NCBI GenBank assembly: GCA_965240325.2
Contig: OZ251249.1
Location: 806,001 to 870,000 of the forward strand
Length of the DNA: 64,000 nucleotides
Direction: 5' to 3'
DNA from: Rebecca billardiae RCC1528
Taxonomy: Eukaryota; Protista; Haptophyta
Positions 12,919-30,556 of this stretch are shown piece after piece. Under the pieces are notes generated by a model. That model made no database searches, was not told the DNA's origin, and was given only the letters and a program-made list of their open reading frames with translations. Each line of letters begins with the position of its first letter. Within the stretch, counting starts at the first letter, position 1. A program made the position numbers and the translations under genes.

Positions 12919-13468
12919 GCTGCTGCTCCGAATCTCACTGGCCAGCCGCTGGGCGGCAAACGTGCACGAAGCCGCGAAAAGATGGCGGGTCCGGGAGTCC
13001 GGGAGGCCTCGCCAATTTGGAATTGTGACGGCCGCGCGCGCAAAACGGGTCCGGATGGCCACAGCTTGCCCAGCCGGACACGAATCACACGATGCAGAAC
13101 CGCCGCGCCGCCGACAAAACGGTCTGAAAATCCGGTGGTCGGTTCAAACCGTCGTCGTCCGGGGTGGCCCGTTGGCAGCCGCTGCTTCGGAGGCACCGCC
13201 AGTTCGAACGTGCGCGCTTGCGTGCAGCGCGCTCCACGCGCGCCGCCGCCTTCTCACCCGGCGCGCGCACCGCGCCGCACGCCGCCCGCAGGCCGTCGGG
13301 TGGCGCGTCCATCCCCGTAGAACCCGCCCTAGGCCAGGCGCCGCCGCACGGTGCGCGCTGCTCGCCGCGCGCGCGCCGTCGCGACGAGCGGTGCGACGCT
13401 CATCAGCTGACGGCGCTGCCGCCGCGCGGCGCGGCCCGCGTGCGCGCAGTGCACGAGGGTGCCCCACG

Positions 13469-16060
13469 ATGTCCACCAGCGCACTAGAGCTCGATCGCGA
13501 GGCCTCGGACGGGGACGGCAAGCCGCGCAACGGCCGCCGAAAGATCAACCGGCCGTTCGACGCCGCGGAGGTGCGCGGCAACGCGCCTTCAAACCGCCTG
13601 GGCCGCGCGCGCGCGAGCGTGCGAGCGTGCACGCGCGCGCGCGCCGTGCGCGCCGTGCGAGGTCAATGCACGCCGTCCGCGTGGCTGGTGCGCCGTGCGC
13701 CCGCCTGGCGTGGCGCGCACGCCGGTGCGACGCGCATCTCCCGACCGGCTCGGCACGCACGGCGCGGCTCACGCGGCGCGCCGCGCGCGCTCGCCCGCGA
13801 CGCTCGTGGGCTGCTGTGGCGCAGGACAAGGCGCTGCTCACGGCTGTGGAGGGCATGCTCGCGCAGCTCCCGCCGCCGCCGCCCAGCGCCGCGCACGACG
13901 ACGACGACGACGACGACGGGCCCGGCGCGGACGCGCTCGACTGGACGGCGGTCAAGGCGGCCGCGGCGCAACTCGACGTCAGGCTGGCCAGCCGCTCGGA
14001 GCACGCGCTGCAGACGCGCTGGAGCAAGGTGCTCGACCCGAACCTGGTGAAGGGGCAGTGGACCGCCGAGGTGCGCGCGCGCGCGCGCGGCACCCGTCGC
14101 GCGCCGACGCGCCGGCCGGTGGCGCGCCCGGACTTTTTGCGGCGCCCGGACCGCCGCGCGGCTCCGTCGCTCGCTCACTTGAACGTGGCTGCCCGTTGGC
14201 GCGCCGCGCGCGTGCGTGCCGCCGCCGCCCGCTGCCGCCCGCCGCCGCGCGTCGCCCCGCCGCGCGCGCTGCGCGTGCGCCCGGGATGGTTCGCAGGAGG
14301 ACCAGATGCTCCGCCGCCTCGTCGCCGAGCGCGGCGCGCGCCGCTGGTCGCAGATCGCCGCCGAGCTGCCGGCGCGGCGCACGGGCAAGCAGTGCCGCGA
14401 GCGCTGGTGCAACCAGCTGGCGCCGGGCGTGCTCAAGGCGGAGTGGGCGGACGAGGAGGACGAGAAGATCCTCAACCTGCACCACTCCCTCGGCAACCGC
14501 TGGGCCGAGATCGCGCGCCAGCTCCCGGGCCGCACGGACAACTCCGTGAAGAACCGGTGGAACTCGACGATCGTGCGCCGGCTGCAGCTGCTGCACGCGG
14601 AGCGGCCGCTGGAGCCAAGCGAGTGCCACCCGGAGCACCTCGCCGCGGCGCAGGCGGCGCCCCGCCCGCCGCGCAAGCGCCGCAGGTCCGAGGCCGCCGC
14701 CGCCAAGGCCGCCGCCACCGAGGCTGCATACGCGGCGGCTGCCGCCGCCAAGCGCGCCGCGGACCGGGCGGCGGCGGGCGCGGCGGGCGCGGGCTTCGGC
14801 GCGGGCGCGAGCCCGACGGGCTCGGCGGGCGGGCTGGCGCGCGGCCTGCATCCGAGCACGCAGCACGGCTGCGCCGGCGCCGCGCCGCGCCTGCCCGAGC
14901 TGCCCGCGCCCGTCGTCGCCGTGGTCGAGGTAACGGCCGTGTCGGTTGGGGGCGGGTCCGCCGCGGCCGAGCCGGGCGGCGGCGGCGGCGGCGGCGGGGG
15001 CTACGCGTTCGTGCCGAGCTTCACGAGCTTCACGGAGGAGGGCTCGCGCGCGTGGGGCGCGCCGGCCACCGCCGCTGACGCCGCGTCCGCCTTGGTCGAG
15101 CACGCCACCGCGCGCGCGGCCGCGCCCCGGGCCGGCGGCGCGCCGCGCGCCGAGTCGGCGGCTGCGCCGCCGCCGCCCATCGCCGGCCGGATGACGAGTG
15201 CGGCCGAGCTCGCCTTCCCCCAGACGCCCGCGCCCACGAGCGCGCCGCTGCGCCGCACGGACTCGCACGCGAGCGCGCCGCAGCCGCCACCCGCCGCCCG
15301 CGCGGCCACCGCGCACTGCGGCGCGCTCGGCGCGGCTCGCGCCGGCGGCGGCGGCGCGCGCGGCGAGGCGACGTCGACGCCCATCGTCGCTCCGGCGCGC
15401 GCCGCCGGCTGTGGCGCTGAGGACGTGCTCTCGCCGCCGGGGCCGCTCGTCTCGACGCCGGCGGCGGCGAGCGCGCTCGCGGCCGCCGCGATCGCCGCGC
15501 GCGGGTACAGCCGCCCCGCCGGCGGGTACTCCGGCGGCGGCTCGTTCAGCTTCAGCGGCGCGCCGGCGCTCGGCGCGCCGGCCGGCGGCGACTGCACGCC
15601 GTGCGCGCGCGCGCGCGGCCGCTCCGCCGAGCCTGCGGACGGCGCCGCGGCTGGGAGCGCGCCGCTCGGCGGCGCCGCGGTGGCGTTGGACGCCGCTGCC
15701 GGCGCCGGCCGGGCGGCCGAGGGCGGGGGCGCTGGCGGTGGCTTGGCGCCGCCGCTGGCGCCGCCGCCCGCGGGAGTGCAGCCGCTGGGCGCAGCCAACA
15801 GCTCGGCCAATGGGGCTAAGGTGGGCGGCGGCGGCGCGGTCGCAAAGACGCCGCCGCCCGCGCCGAGCGCGCTCGCGGGCGCGCACGGCTGGTCGTACGG
15901 GGGCGAGGCGCGCGCGCCGCCGCCGCCGCCGCTCAGCCTGGGCGGCGCCCCGCCCGCGGTGCGCGCGTGGGAGCAGGACACGCCGCGGCGCAACCTGCTT
16001 ACCCTCGCCGCGATGGCGGCGGGCGCGCCGCGCCAGCTCGCGGCGGACGGCACGGCGTGA
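13469..16060 (+). CDS. Three-repeat (R1R2R3) MYB transcription factor, 3 exons
   Basis: Exons 13469-13570, 13825-14070, 14297-16060. LDW...[65 protein letters not shown]. Confidence 0.9.
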
Positions 16061-17328
16061 GCGCGTGCCGCCGGCGGCGGGAAGTCGAGACGGCGGCGGC
16101 CGCCGCCCGAGCCGCTGAGCCGCCGCGCGTCTCGCACGCGCCGCCGCGCCCGGCTACGGACCGCCGGGTGCGGCGGTGCACGTCGTGGCGCGCCGGCGGC
16201 GCTGCGGCGCGCCGGCCCGGCCCGTGCACGGTGCAGCTGCGCTGCTGCGGGCTGCCCGCCGCGACCGTCGGCCGAGCGCGCGCGCGCGGCAGCCTGCAGC
16301 GGGATGGCCTGATCGATTCTGCAGCCTCCGGCCGTTTCGCCCGATGCGACCATGCCGCTTCCGCGCGTCGAGCCTCGCCGGCGCATTACAGAATACGAAC
16401 CCGCGGAACGGATTAGCCGGACGATCCGTATTGTTTTACTCACTTTTGACTGAGTGTCTGTGACTGTGAGAACTTTTCCATATGGGGGTATACGCATATG
16501 AGCTTAGGCAATTAGCGTTATGCTAATTGTTACCTGCCTTCACCCGCATGTGTGTGAAATGTGGGTGTTCAGCAATCGTAACAATCATTCGCGGACCGAC
16601 GGCGTTATCGCGACGTTAGGCCCACTCATACATGACCGGTCCTTTTGGGCGTCGGCGCTGATTGGCCACACAATAGCCTGCTCATCATCCAAACAGCATT
16701 CGCTCGATTCTTGCCGGTGAACAATGTTGAGACCTTTGAGAACCTAATGATGGCGACGATAGAATCGAGGTGATTGAACAATCTCCCGAAGCATCCAAGA
16801 TGTAAAGTACGCTCATGTATTGATAGCCGTAATCAACTGCTCGTAAGGTTCAAGCGAGAAGATGTTAACGCTGTGGGAAGCCCGGGTGTGTCTCTTTCAA
16901 GCTCCGGGAATGAAATCAGGGCGATTGGCGCACCACGGGCGGAAATGCCTGCAGTTCACTTCTTCGAAAAAAAAGCGTCGGAAAAGCCTGCAATCACCGT
17001 AAGTATCCTGAGACTTCATGTGTTTTGGCGTCAGCCTTGATCTCCGACTATTGGCAGCTCAAGTTGCGCGCTCGGGGTGTTGAACCGATTTTAAGCAGAA
17101 AGTTTGGGCTTGTATTTTAGGGTGTGGGAGCACCCCGAGCCCAGAGACCGGGAAAAGCATCTGCCGCTGGCTGCCGCTGATGAGCTTGGGACTTGCACGG
17201 CTCCGACACACCGACCCTGGACCGAAAAGCGACCACCCATTCCCCAACACCTCGCCCGTCGACGACACGGCGAATTACGACAAAGCGGCCAGATCCAACC
17301 GTCAAGCCGTCCACGCACGGCCGTCTCC

Positions 17329-19116
17329 ATGCTCGCCGCGATATCCACGCACCGCATAAGCCCGCGGGCGGGCGCGCATGAGCGCGCCGGCTCGCTCGCA
17401 CCCACGCCGACAGGCACGCGCGGCGAGCCGAGCCCGCGCGCGCGCTGCCCGCGCGGCAGTCCGCGCCGGGCGGCGTGCGTGCAGCTGCGCACGGCACGCC
17501 CGACGGTGATGTCACCCCCGCATCGCCTCGGCGCACACGCCTTCATCACGCGCTGCGCCGAGCACAAGCGCGCTCGCAGTGCCGCAGCGAGTCCGTCGCT
17601 CCTCGGCCTCGCGCCCAACTCGCTCGCTGCGCCTGAGCTCGAGCCGACCCTCGTCGGCATCTCGCGCAAGCTGGCGGAGCGCGTGCGCCTCAGCGAGGCT
17701 GAGATGGCTGCCGAGAGCAGCACGATGCGCACACCGCCCCTCCGGTCGCGGCTGCAGGCCCCAGCCCGCACGGCTGGCGGCGGCGGTGGCGCGCCAGCTC
17801 AGCGGCCCGGCGCCACGGCGCCGGCCGCAGCCGCCGTCGCCGCCGCACCCAGCGCCGCCCCGCAGCCCTCGTCCCCGGGGGCGTGGTTCAGCCTGGACTC
17901 CACGTCGCACCTCGCGGACGAGCGGTGCTTCCCACTGCACGACGAGCCACCGTGCGTCATGCCCGCCGCCGCCGCGCTTGATGGCGGCGTGGCGCCGGCG
18001 GCGGAAGCCGAGCGGTCGCTGACGTGCTGGCTGCACTCGGTGTGCGCGCGCGCGGACATTGACGCGAACGCGACCATCTTCGCGTGGCTGCTCTTCGAGC
18101 GCATGCTCGACCGGTCTCCTCGGCCGAGTGACGCCTGCCAGCATGGCGCTGGCGCGTGCCAACTGGCGCCCGCGGCGAAGCCACGGCGTGAGTCCGCGCC
18201 CGCGGCTGTGCTCGCCAACGCGGTGTCAGCGGTGCGCGCCGCCGCCAGCCTGAGCCGCCACCAGCGCGACCAGCAGTCGGCGCGCGCGTGGAGCCTGTCC
18301 GACACGGACTCGGACAGTGACTCGGACAGCGACTTCGACATGTCCGAGGGGGACGAGCCACGCGAGCGTCGGCGCAACTATGACCGCCCCGGCGCGTCGG
18401 ATGATGACGGCTGCTTCAGCTCGGACGACGAGGTCGACGACGGCGGCGGCGGCACCGCCGCGGACACGCTCGGCGCAGACGGCGGCTGGTGCGCGCTCTG
18501 GGCCGAGCAGCTGGCGAGCGTGCTCGCCGATGGGGCGGACGTGCGGCGGCCAGGCTCGGACGTCCCGGAGGACGAGCGCATGAGCTTCTCCAACTCGGAG
18601 TCCGACCACGACTCTGCCGAGGCCGGCTGGCGCGCGCGGCCACGCCGGCTGAGCGCGGCGGCGCCCGCCGCGGAGCCGCCGCGCGTGTGCGGCGCGACGG
18701 TGCGGCTGCTGTGGCTCACGTGCGCCTGCCTCGCGCAGCGGCTGCTCTCCGACGAGCCGCTCAACACGCGGCAGTTCGCGCTGCGCCTCGTGCGCCACGC
18801 GGGGCCCACCGCCGCCGCGCAGTCCGGCGTGGACGAGCCGGACGCCGCCACCACGCGGCCGGCGTCGCCGCGCACGCTGCTCGTGGCGACCGAGCTGGCG
18901 GAGCGGCTGACGCTGCTCGAGCGGAGGGTGGCGACGGCGGTCGGGCACCGGCTGCACGCGAGCGCGGGGCAGTACGCGCGCGCGTTCTTCGACATCAACG
19001 GCGCGGCCCAGTCGGGCTTCCCGCGATCGCCGGTCGCCGCGGGCGCGATCGCCCGAAGGCTCAACCGTCTCGCGCGAGCGCGCCATTCGGCGCGCGTGTC
19101 AGACGCGACGGGCTGA
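17329..19116 (+). CDS. Cyclin-Y-like protein, tandem copy 1 (start codon uncertain)
   Basis: ATIFAWLLFERML...LLWLTCACLAQRLLSDEPLNTRQF...LTLLERRV...HRLHASAGQYARAFFDI follows the cyclin Y/PHO80-type box; long acidic insert. Confidence 0.65.
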   Translation: MLAAISTHRISPRAGAHERAGSLAPTPTGTRGEPSPRARCPRGSPRRAACVQLRTARPTVMSPPHRLGAHAFITRCAEHKRARSAAASPSLLGLAPNSLAAPELEPTLVGISRKLAERVRLSEAEMAAESSTMRTPPLRSRLQAPARTAGGGGGAPAQRPGATAPAAAAVAAAPSAAPQPSSPGAWFSLDSTSHLADERCFPLHDEPPCVMPAAAALDGGVAPAAEAERSLTCWLHSVCARADIDANATIFAWLLFERMLDRSPRPSDACQHGAGACQLAPAAKPRRESAPAAVLANAVSAVRAAASLSRHQRDQQSARAWSLSDTDSDSDSDSDFDMSEGDEPRERRRNYDRPGASDDDGCFSSDDEVDDGGGGTAADTLGADGGWCALWAEQLASVLADGADVRRPGSDVPEDERMSFSNSESDHDSAEAGWRARPRRLSAAAPAAEPPRVCGATVRLLWLTCACLAQRLLSDEPLNTRQFALRLVRHAGPTAAAQSGVDEPDAATTRPASPRTLLVATELAERLTLLERRVATAVGHRLHASAGQYARAFFDINGAAQSGFPRSPVAAGAIARRLNRLARARHSARVSDATG

Positions 19117-19817
19117 TGGGCGTGCGCGCGGCTCGGACCTCGGAGACAGGCTGCCGTCGTGATGCCGATGCCTAAGCATGTCCCGTGCCGGCGGTTTGCG
19201 GGGTGTACTGTGGTTTAAATTATAGCTATGATACCATCGTCATAGATCGTCGCCAAATGGGTGTAGTGCAAGGTTGGTGTAAGCTGCTCAGCTGCTGGTC
19301 CCAGGGACAATCACGAAGCGATATCCGCCGGGCCGCGGCCGAAATGATAAGAGGTGCATGCTCATAATGATACATTGATATTATCCCGTGATGGCGAGAA
19401 TCAGACCATCGTTGGCGGTATCTGTCTGGAAATATTCTGCGAGGAAGACGTACCAGACTGCCCCCGGTTGACGATATTCTTTTTAGCCTTCGCTGAGGAA
19501 CCTGTGATACGGCCAGGTACCACTCCGCGATTGTTTTGGGGAGTTCGATCCAACGCGGCTCAGGGCTGAGCTTCCAGAGCCCTCCCATTGGCTCAAAGCT
19601 CGTAAAAATCACGACCCGCGGTTTTTTTCCACGTGAACCGCTTTTGGAGCTGGAACTTTTATGGACCCCGACGATATCGGGCAAGCCGGGAGCGCGGGGC
19701 GTGGTGGCTCCCACGAGCGATAAGTTGAAAGTAGTAGTAGCGCTTGGTTACCTCGCTTGCCAAGTGCCAACCACCCTCGTGGCGCGGGCGCTGCGAACAA
19801 CTCGCCCGTCGACAGTC

Positions 19818-21647
19818 ATGGCGAATTACAAGGCGGTCGATCTCACACCGTCAAGCCTTCCACCAACAGCCATTCCCAGGCACACCGCGATGCGCACGCG
19901 TCCCATGAGCCCGCTGGTCGGCGCGCTTGCACGCGCACACCCGCTCGCACGCACGCCGACAGGCACGCGCGGCGAGCCGAGCCCGCGCGCGCGCTGCTGG
20001 CGTGGCAGTCCGCGCCGGGCGGCGCGCATGCCGCTGCGCACGGCACGACCGCATGCGCTGTCTCCCCCGCGTCGCTTGGGCGCACACGCCTCCATCGCGC
20101 GCTGCGCCGAGCACACGCGCGCTCGCAGTGCCGCAGCGAGTCCGTCGCTCCTCGGCCTCGCGCCCAACTCGCTCGCTGCGCCTGAGCTCGAGCCGACCCT
20201 CGTCGGCATCTCGCGCAAGCTGGCGGAGCGCGTGCGCCTCAGCGAGGCTGAGATGGCTGCTGAGAGCAGCACGATGCGCACACCGCCCCTCCCGCCGCGG
20301 CTGCAGGCCCCAGCCCGCACGGCTGGCGGCGGCGGTGGCGCGCCGGCTCAGCGGCCCAGCGCCACGGCGCCGGCCGCAGCCGCCGTCGCCGCCACACCCG
20401 GCGCCGCCCCGCAGCCCTCGTCCCCGGGGGCGTGGTTCAACCTGGACTCCACGTCGCACCTCGCGGACGAGCGGTGCTTCCCACTGCACGACGAGCCACC
20501 GTGCGACATGCCCGCCGCCGCCGCGCTTGATGGCGGCGTGGCGCCGGCGGCGGAAGCCGAGCGGTCGCTGACGTGCTGGCTGCACTCGGTGTGCGCGCGC
20601 GCGGACATTGACGCGAACGCGACCATCTTCGCGTGGCTGCTCTTCGAGCGCATGCTCGACGGGTCTCCTCGGCCGAGTGACGCTCGTCAGCATGGCGCTG
20701 GCGCGTGCCAACTGGCGCCCGCGGCGAAGCCACGGCGCGAGTCCGCGCCCGCGGCTGTGCTCGCCCACGCGGTGTCAGCGGTGCGCGCCGCCGCCAGCCT
20801 GAGCCGCCGCCAGCGCGACCAGCAGTCGGCGCGCGCGTGGAGCCTGTCCGACACGGACTCGGACAGCGACTTCGACATGTTTGAGGAGGACGAGCCACGC
20901 GAGTGTCGGCGTGGCTACGCCGGCCCCGGCGCGTCGCATGATGACGGCTGCTTCAGCTCGGACGACGAGGTCGACGACGGCGGCGGCGGCACCGCCGCGG
21001 ACACGCTCGGCGCAGACGGCGGCTGGTGCGCGCTCTGGGCCGAGCAGCTGGCGAGCGTGCTCGCCGATGGGGCGGACGCGCGAGGCTCCGCTGGCGTGGA
21101 GGACGAGCGCATGAGCTTCTCCAACTCGGAGTCCGACCACGACGCTTCCGAGGCCGGCTGCTACGCGCGGCCACGCCGGCTGAGCGCGGCGGCGCCCGCC
21201 GCGGAGCCGCCGCGCGTGTGCGGCGCGACGGTGCGGCTGTTGTGGCTCACGTGCGCCTGCCTCGCGCAGCGGCTGCTCTCCGACGAGCCGCTCAACACGC
21301 GGCAGTTCGCGCTGCGCCTCGTGCGGCACGCGGGGCCCACCGCCGCCGCGCAGTCCGGCGCGGACGAGCCGGACGCCGCCACCACGCGGCCGGCGTCGCC
21401 GCGCACGCTGCTCGTGGCGACCGAGCTGGCGGAGCGGCTGACGCTGCTCGAGCGGAGGGTGGCGACGGCGGTCGGGCACCGGCTGCACGCGAGCGCGGGG
21501 CAGTACGCGCGCGCGTTCTTCGACATCAACGGCGCGGCCCAGTCGGGCTTCCCGCGATCGCCGGTCGCCGCGGGCGCGATCGCCCGAAGGCTCAACCGTC
21601 TCGCGCGAGCGCGCCATTCGGCGCGCGCGTTGCCATCAGGCGAGTGA
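19818..21647 (+). CDS. Cyclin-Y-like protein, tandem copy 2 (start codon uncertain)
   Basis: Near-identical paralog of 17329-19116 with the same motifs. Confidence 0.65.
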   Translation: MANYKAVDLTPSSLPPTAIPRHTAMRTRPMSPLVGALARAHPLARTPTGTRGEPSPRARCWRGSPRRAARMPLRTARPHALSPPRRLGAHASIARCAEHTRARSAAASPSLLGLAPNSLAAPELEPTLVGISRKLAERVRLSEAEMAAESSTMRTPPLPPRLQAPARTAGGGGGAPAQRPSATAPAAAAVAATPGAAPQPSSPGAWFNLDSTSHLADERCFPLHDEPPCDMPAAAALDGGVAPAAEAERSLTCWLHSVCARADIDANATIFAWLLFERMLDGSPRPSDARQHGAGACQLAPAAKPRRESAPAAVLAHAVSAVRAAASLSRRQRDQQSARAWSLSDTDSDSDFDMFEEDEPRECRRGYAGPGASHDDGCFSSDDEVDDGGGGTAADTLGADGGWCALWAEQLASVLADGADARGSAGVEDERMSFSNSESDHDASEAGCYARPRRLSAAAPAAEPPRVCGATVRLLWLTCACLAQRLLSDEPLNTRQFALRLVRHAGPTAAAQSGADEPDAATTRPASPRTLLVATELAERLTLLERRVATAVGHRLHASAGQYARAFFDINGAAQSGFPRSPVAAGAIARRLNRLARARHSARALPSGE

Positions 21648-22364
21648 TGTCAGACTCGGCGCGGCGGGCAGGCGCGACGCGGCGACGGGCTGCCCTCCGC
21701 GTGATCTCCAGTGCGCGCGCGTGGCACAGTCGCGGCGGCTTCAATAGTACCGTCGTGGAGATCTAGGATTAGCGTGTCATCTCGACGGCGTGATTGTTGT
21801 GCTGTTGGCTGACATCCGTATCGCCATGCCGCGTACACGCGGCCAGTACGGAGCCGCTCCATCGCCGGCCTGTCACTCGGCCGGACAGTCCGCGTGTATG
21901 AGCCTGTGGGCGTGAGCCCGCCGCGAGGTGAGGAAGGGTGCCGCGAATGCGGGTAACCCGATTCGAGTTTCTACGACCTCCCAAACCAGCGCAAGACCGC
22001 AAGTCACGTTGCATGTGCTAATCTACGAAGCAGGCTCGACTCGCTTTTCACCCATCCACGGGCCAAGATGTTAAAACTCGCATCGATTCCCGATTCCCAG
22101 ATTTCAGACCCTGATGAGCTGGATGATCATATCCAAACTGCTTCAATGTACGGCCCTGCGCGCGGCGCGCCCGTTGGTCGCGTGGCACCGCGCGCCCGTG
22201 CTAAAATGCCGTTCCGCGCAGTTTCTGAGTTTCGCCCGGTACAACCAAGCGTTTGTTTGGCCAATGGCCGCCCGCCGCTTGTGTGAAGCCGGCGACGCGG
22301 AGCGGGAGCGCTGGCCGCCATCCGCCGCGCCGCAGCGGCCTCCGTTGGCAGCAGGCGGCAAGCG

Positions 22365-23546
22365 ATGCCGTCCGCGCTCAAGCTCGCGATGGGCGGCGCG
22401 CGCGGGCGCGGGCTCGTCGCGACGCGCCGCTTCGAGCCCGGCGCGCTCGTCTTCAAGGAGCGGCCCATCGTCCTCTTCGACACCGAGCGCGCGGCGGCGG
22501 GCGAGCCGTCGGTGCACCACATCACGCCGACCGCGCGCAAGCTCTCGGCGCGGCTGCCGCTCGAGAAGCTGCGGCGGCACTGCGCGGAGCACGGGATCAG
22601 GTACCCGCTCGTCGTGGCGGACATGGCGATCAAGTCGCTCTGCACGCCGCCCTGCTCCGTCCTCACCGAGCCGTTCAAAGAGTTTTGGACGCGCGTCAAC
22701 TACCTGCACCGCACGCCCGCGCCGCGCCCGCTGCCCGCGCGCTGGTCCGCGGAGCACGCGCTGCTGCGCGACGCGTTCTGCTCGCCGCAGGCCTCCGTCG
22801 ACGGCGCGAACGCGCTCTTCGCCGACGAGGGCCAGTTCGGCCTCGACTGGTACGCGCGCACCCTCTCGACGCTGCACGGCAACCTGATGCGCGTCTCCGA
22901 CTCGGAGATCGCGCTCTTCGAGTGCGCGTCGATGCTGAACCACGACTGCCAGCACAACCTGCTCTTCTCGTTCGAGACGGGCGGCACCGTCGCGCGCTTC
23001 ATCGCGCGCAAGCCCATCGAGGTGCGCCCGCGCGCCCAGCGCGCCGAGCGCCCTCGCCGCCGCCGCCGCCGCCGCGTCGCGCGCCGCCGCGCCCGCCCAC
23101 CGGCCACCGCGCGCCCGCGCCGCGCACGCGCGCGCCCGCGCGCCGCGCGCGGCGCGCGCTGGCAGGAGGGCGAGGAGCTAACGATCACGTACGTCTCGCC
23201 GCTCGCGGTGGTGAGCCCGCAGCAGCAGCGCCAGCGCGCCGCCGGCGGCGCCGCCCCCGCCTCCGCCGCCGGTCCGGACGACGAGCTGCTCGCGCCGAGT
23301 CCGGAGCAGCGCGCCGCGCTGCGCCTGGCCTACGGGTTCGACTGCGACAGCTGCGGCTGCGCGCGGCGCGCGGAGACGCTCGCGGCGGCGGCGGCGCTGG
23401 AGGCGGCGCCGAGCGGGTCGGCCGCGGGCGCCACGGCGGAGGCGCCTGCCACGCCCATCCACGCCGTGCAGACGCCGACGCCGCCCTTCCCCCTGGGAGC
23501 GCCAACGCCGCCGCCGCCGCCGAGTGCGCCCATGGCCGCCGCCTGA
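22365..23546 (+). CDS. SMYD-type SET-domain lysine methyltransferase (intron 23022-23165)
   Basis: GRGLVATRRFEPGALVFKERP, MLNHDCQHN, GEELTITYV, post-SET YGFDCDSCGC. Confidence 0.85.
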   Translation: MPSALKLAMGGARGRGLVATRRFEPGALVFKERPIVLFDTERAAAGEPSVHHITPTARKLSARLPLEKLRRHCAEHGIRYPLVVADMAIKSLCTPPCSVLTEPFKEFWTRVNYLHRTPAPRPLPARWSAEHALLRDAFCSPQASVDGANALFADEGQFGLDWYARTLSTLHGNLMRVSDSEIALFECASMLNHDCQHNLLFSFETGGTVARFIARKPIEVRPRAQRAERPRRRRRRRVARRRARPPATARPRRARARPRAARGARWQEGEELTITYVSPLAVVSPQQQRQRAAGGAAPASAAGPDDELLAPSPEQRAALRLAYGFDCDSCGCARRAETLAAAAALEAAPSGSAAGATAEAPATPIHAVQTPTPPFPLGAPTPPPPPSAPMAAA

Positions 23547-24045
23547 GCGCGCGACGGGCGACACGCCGCCGCCGGTGCGCGGTGCTGGGCGGCGGCGCAG
23601 CGCGCGGCTGACTCCATCTCCGGTCAGGGCCAGTGGTCGTCGCCCCGTGAATCGCCGCCGCGCCTGGCTTTACACCCAGGCTCCTCTCCCAGGCTCGGCT
23701 GCACCCGGAGGCACAGGGTGTGACTGACGATCGAGTGTTTCTGGCGATCTCAAGATCGCGGGGCGCAGACACGGTCACAAGGCTGTAGCGTTGTCCGGGT
23801 ACATCTTCCTCACCACGACCGCCCGTTCTACCGGAGTCGTTAAGGCGTGCGCCAGCGTTTGGCGCCCCCGACCTAAACGCACGCGCAAGCCGCCCCGGAC
23901 TGGGCAGGAAGTGTGCATCGGCTGACCTTTCCAGGCAGCAAGGCAGCGGCATTGCAGCAGCAGCCGCTAAGCAGAGCGGCGCTGTCTCGCGTCGTCCCCA
24001 GGCCCCGCGGCTGCGCCACCCGCGCGCGCGGCGGAGGCGTGCCCC

Positions 24046-28168
<4,123 letters not shown>

Positions 28169-28536
28169 GCGCCGACGCCGCCGCGCAGCCCGCGGCGCGC
28201 CGACGCCCGCCGCTCGCGCGCCCGCCGCCGCGCGGCTCGCCGCGACGCGACAGCGCGGCCGCGCGCACTCGCGCGGACCGCCCACGCGCCGCCTCCTCAG
28301 CTGTCAGCATCCGCGCTTCGGCATGGCTGCCCGGCCCAGCGGCCCGCTGGCGCAGCTGGCGCTATGCCGGCGCCACTCCGCGCATACGGCATAGGTCGTG
28401 GGCGCGGCGCACGGCTTCATATTGACCCATCGGTCGTCCCGCGCTGCCAGTGGGCCGGGGGCGGGGTGGCGGCCCGGTCCGGCGGGTCTGCGGCGCCGCG
28501 TGCCGCGGCCACGACTACGACATGCAGCGGCATACA

Positions 28537-30457
<1,921 letters not shown>

Positions 30458-30556
30458 ATATATATATATATATAATATTATTGCGCAATAATAATAAGCA
30501 TATCAATGATGATATATGCTGGTATACGCGTATGATACGGGAGCTCGGACTCTGAG

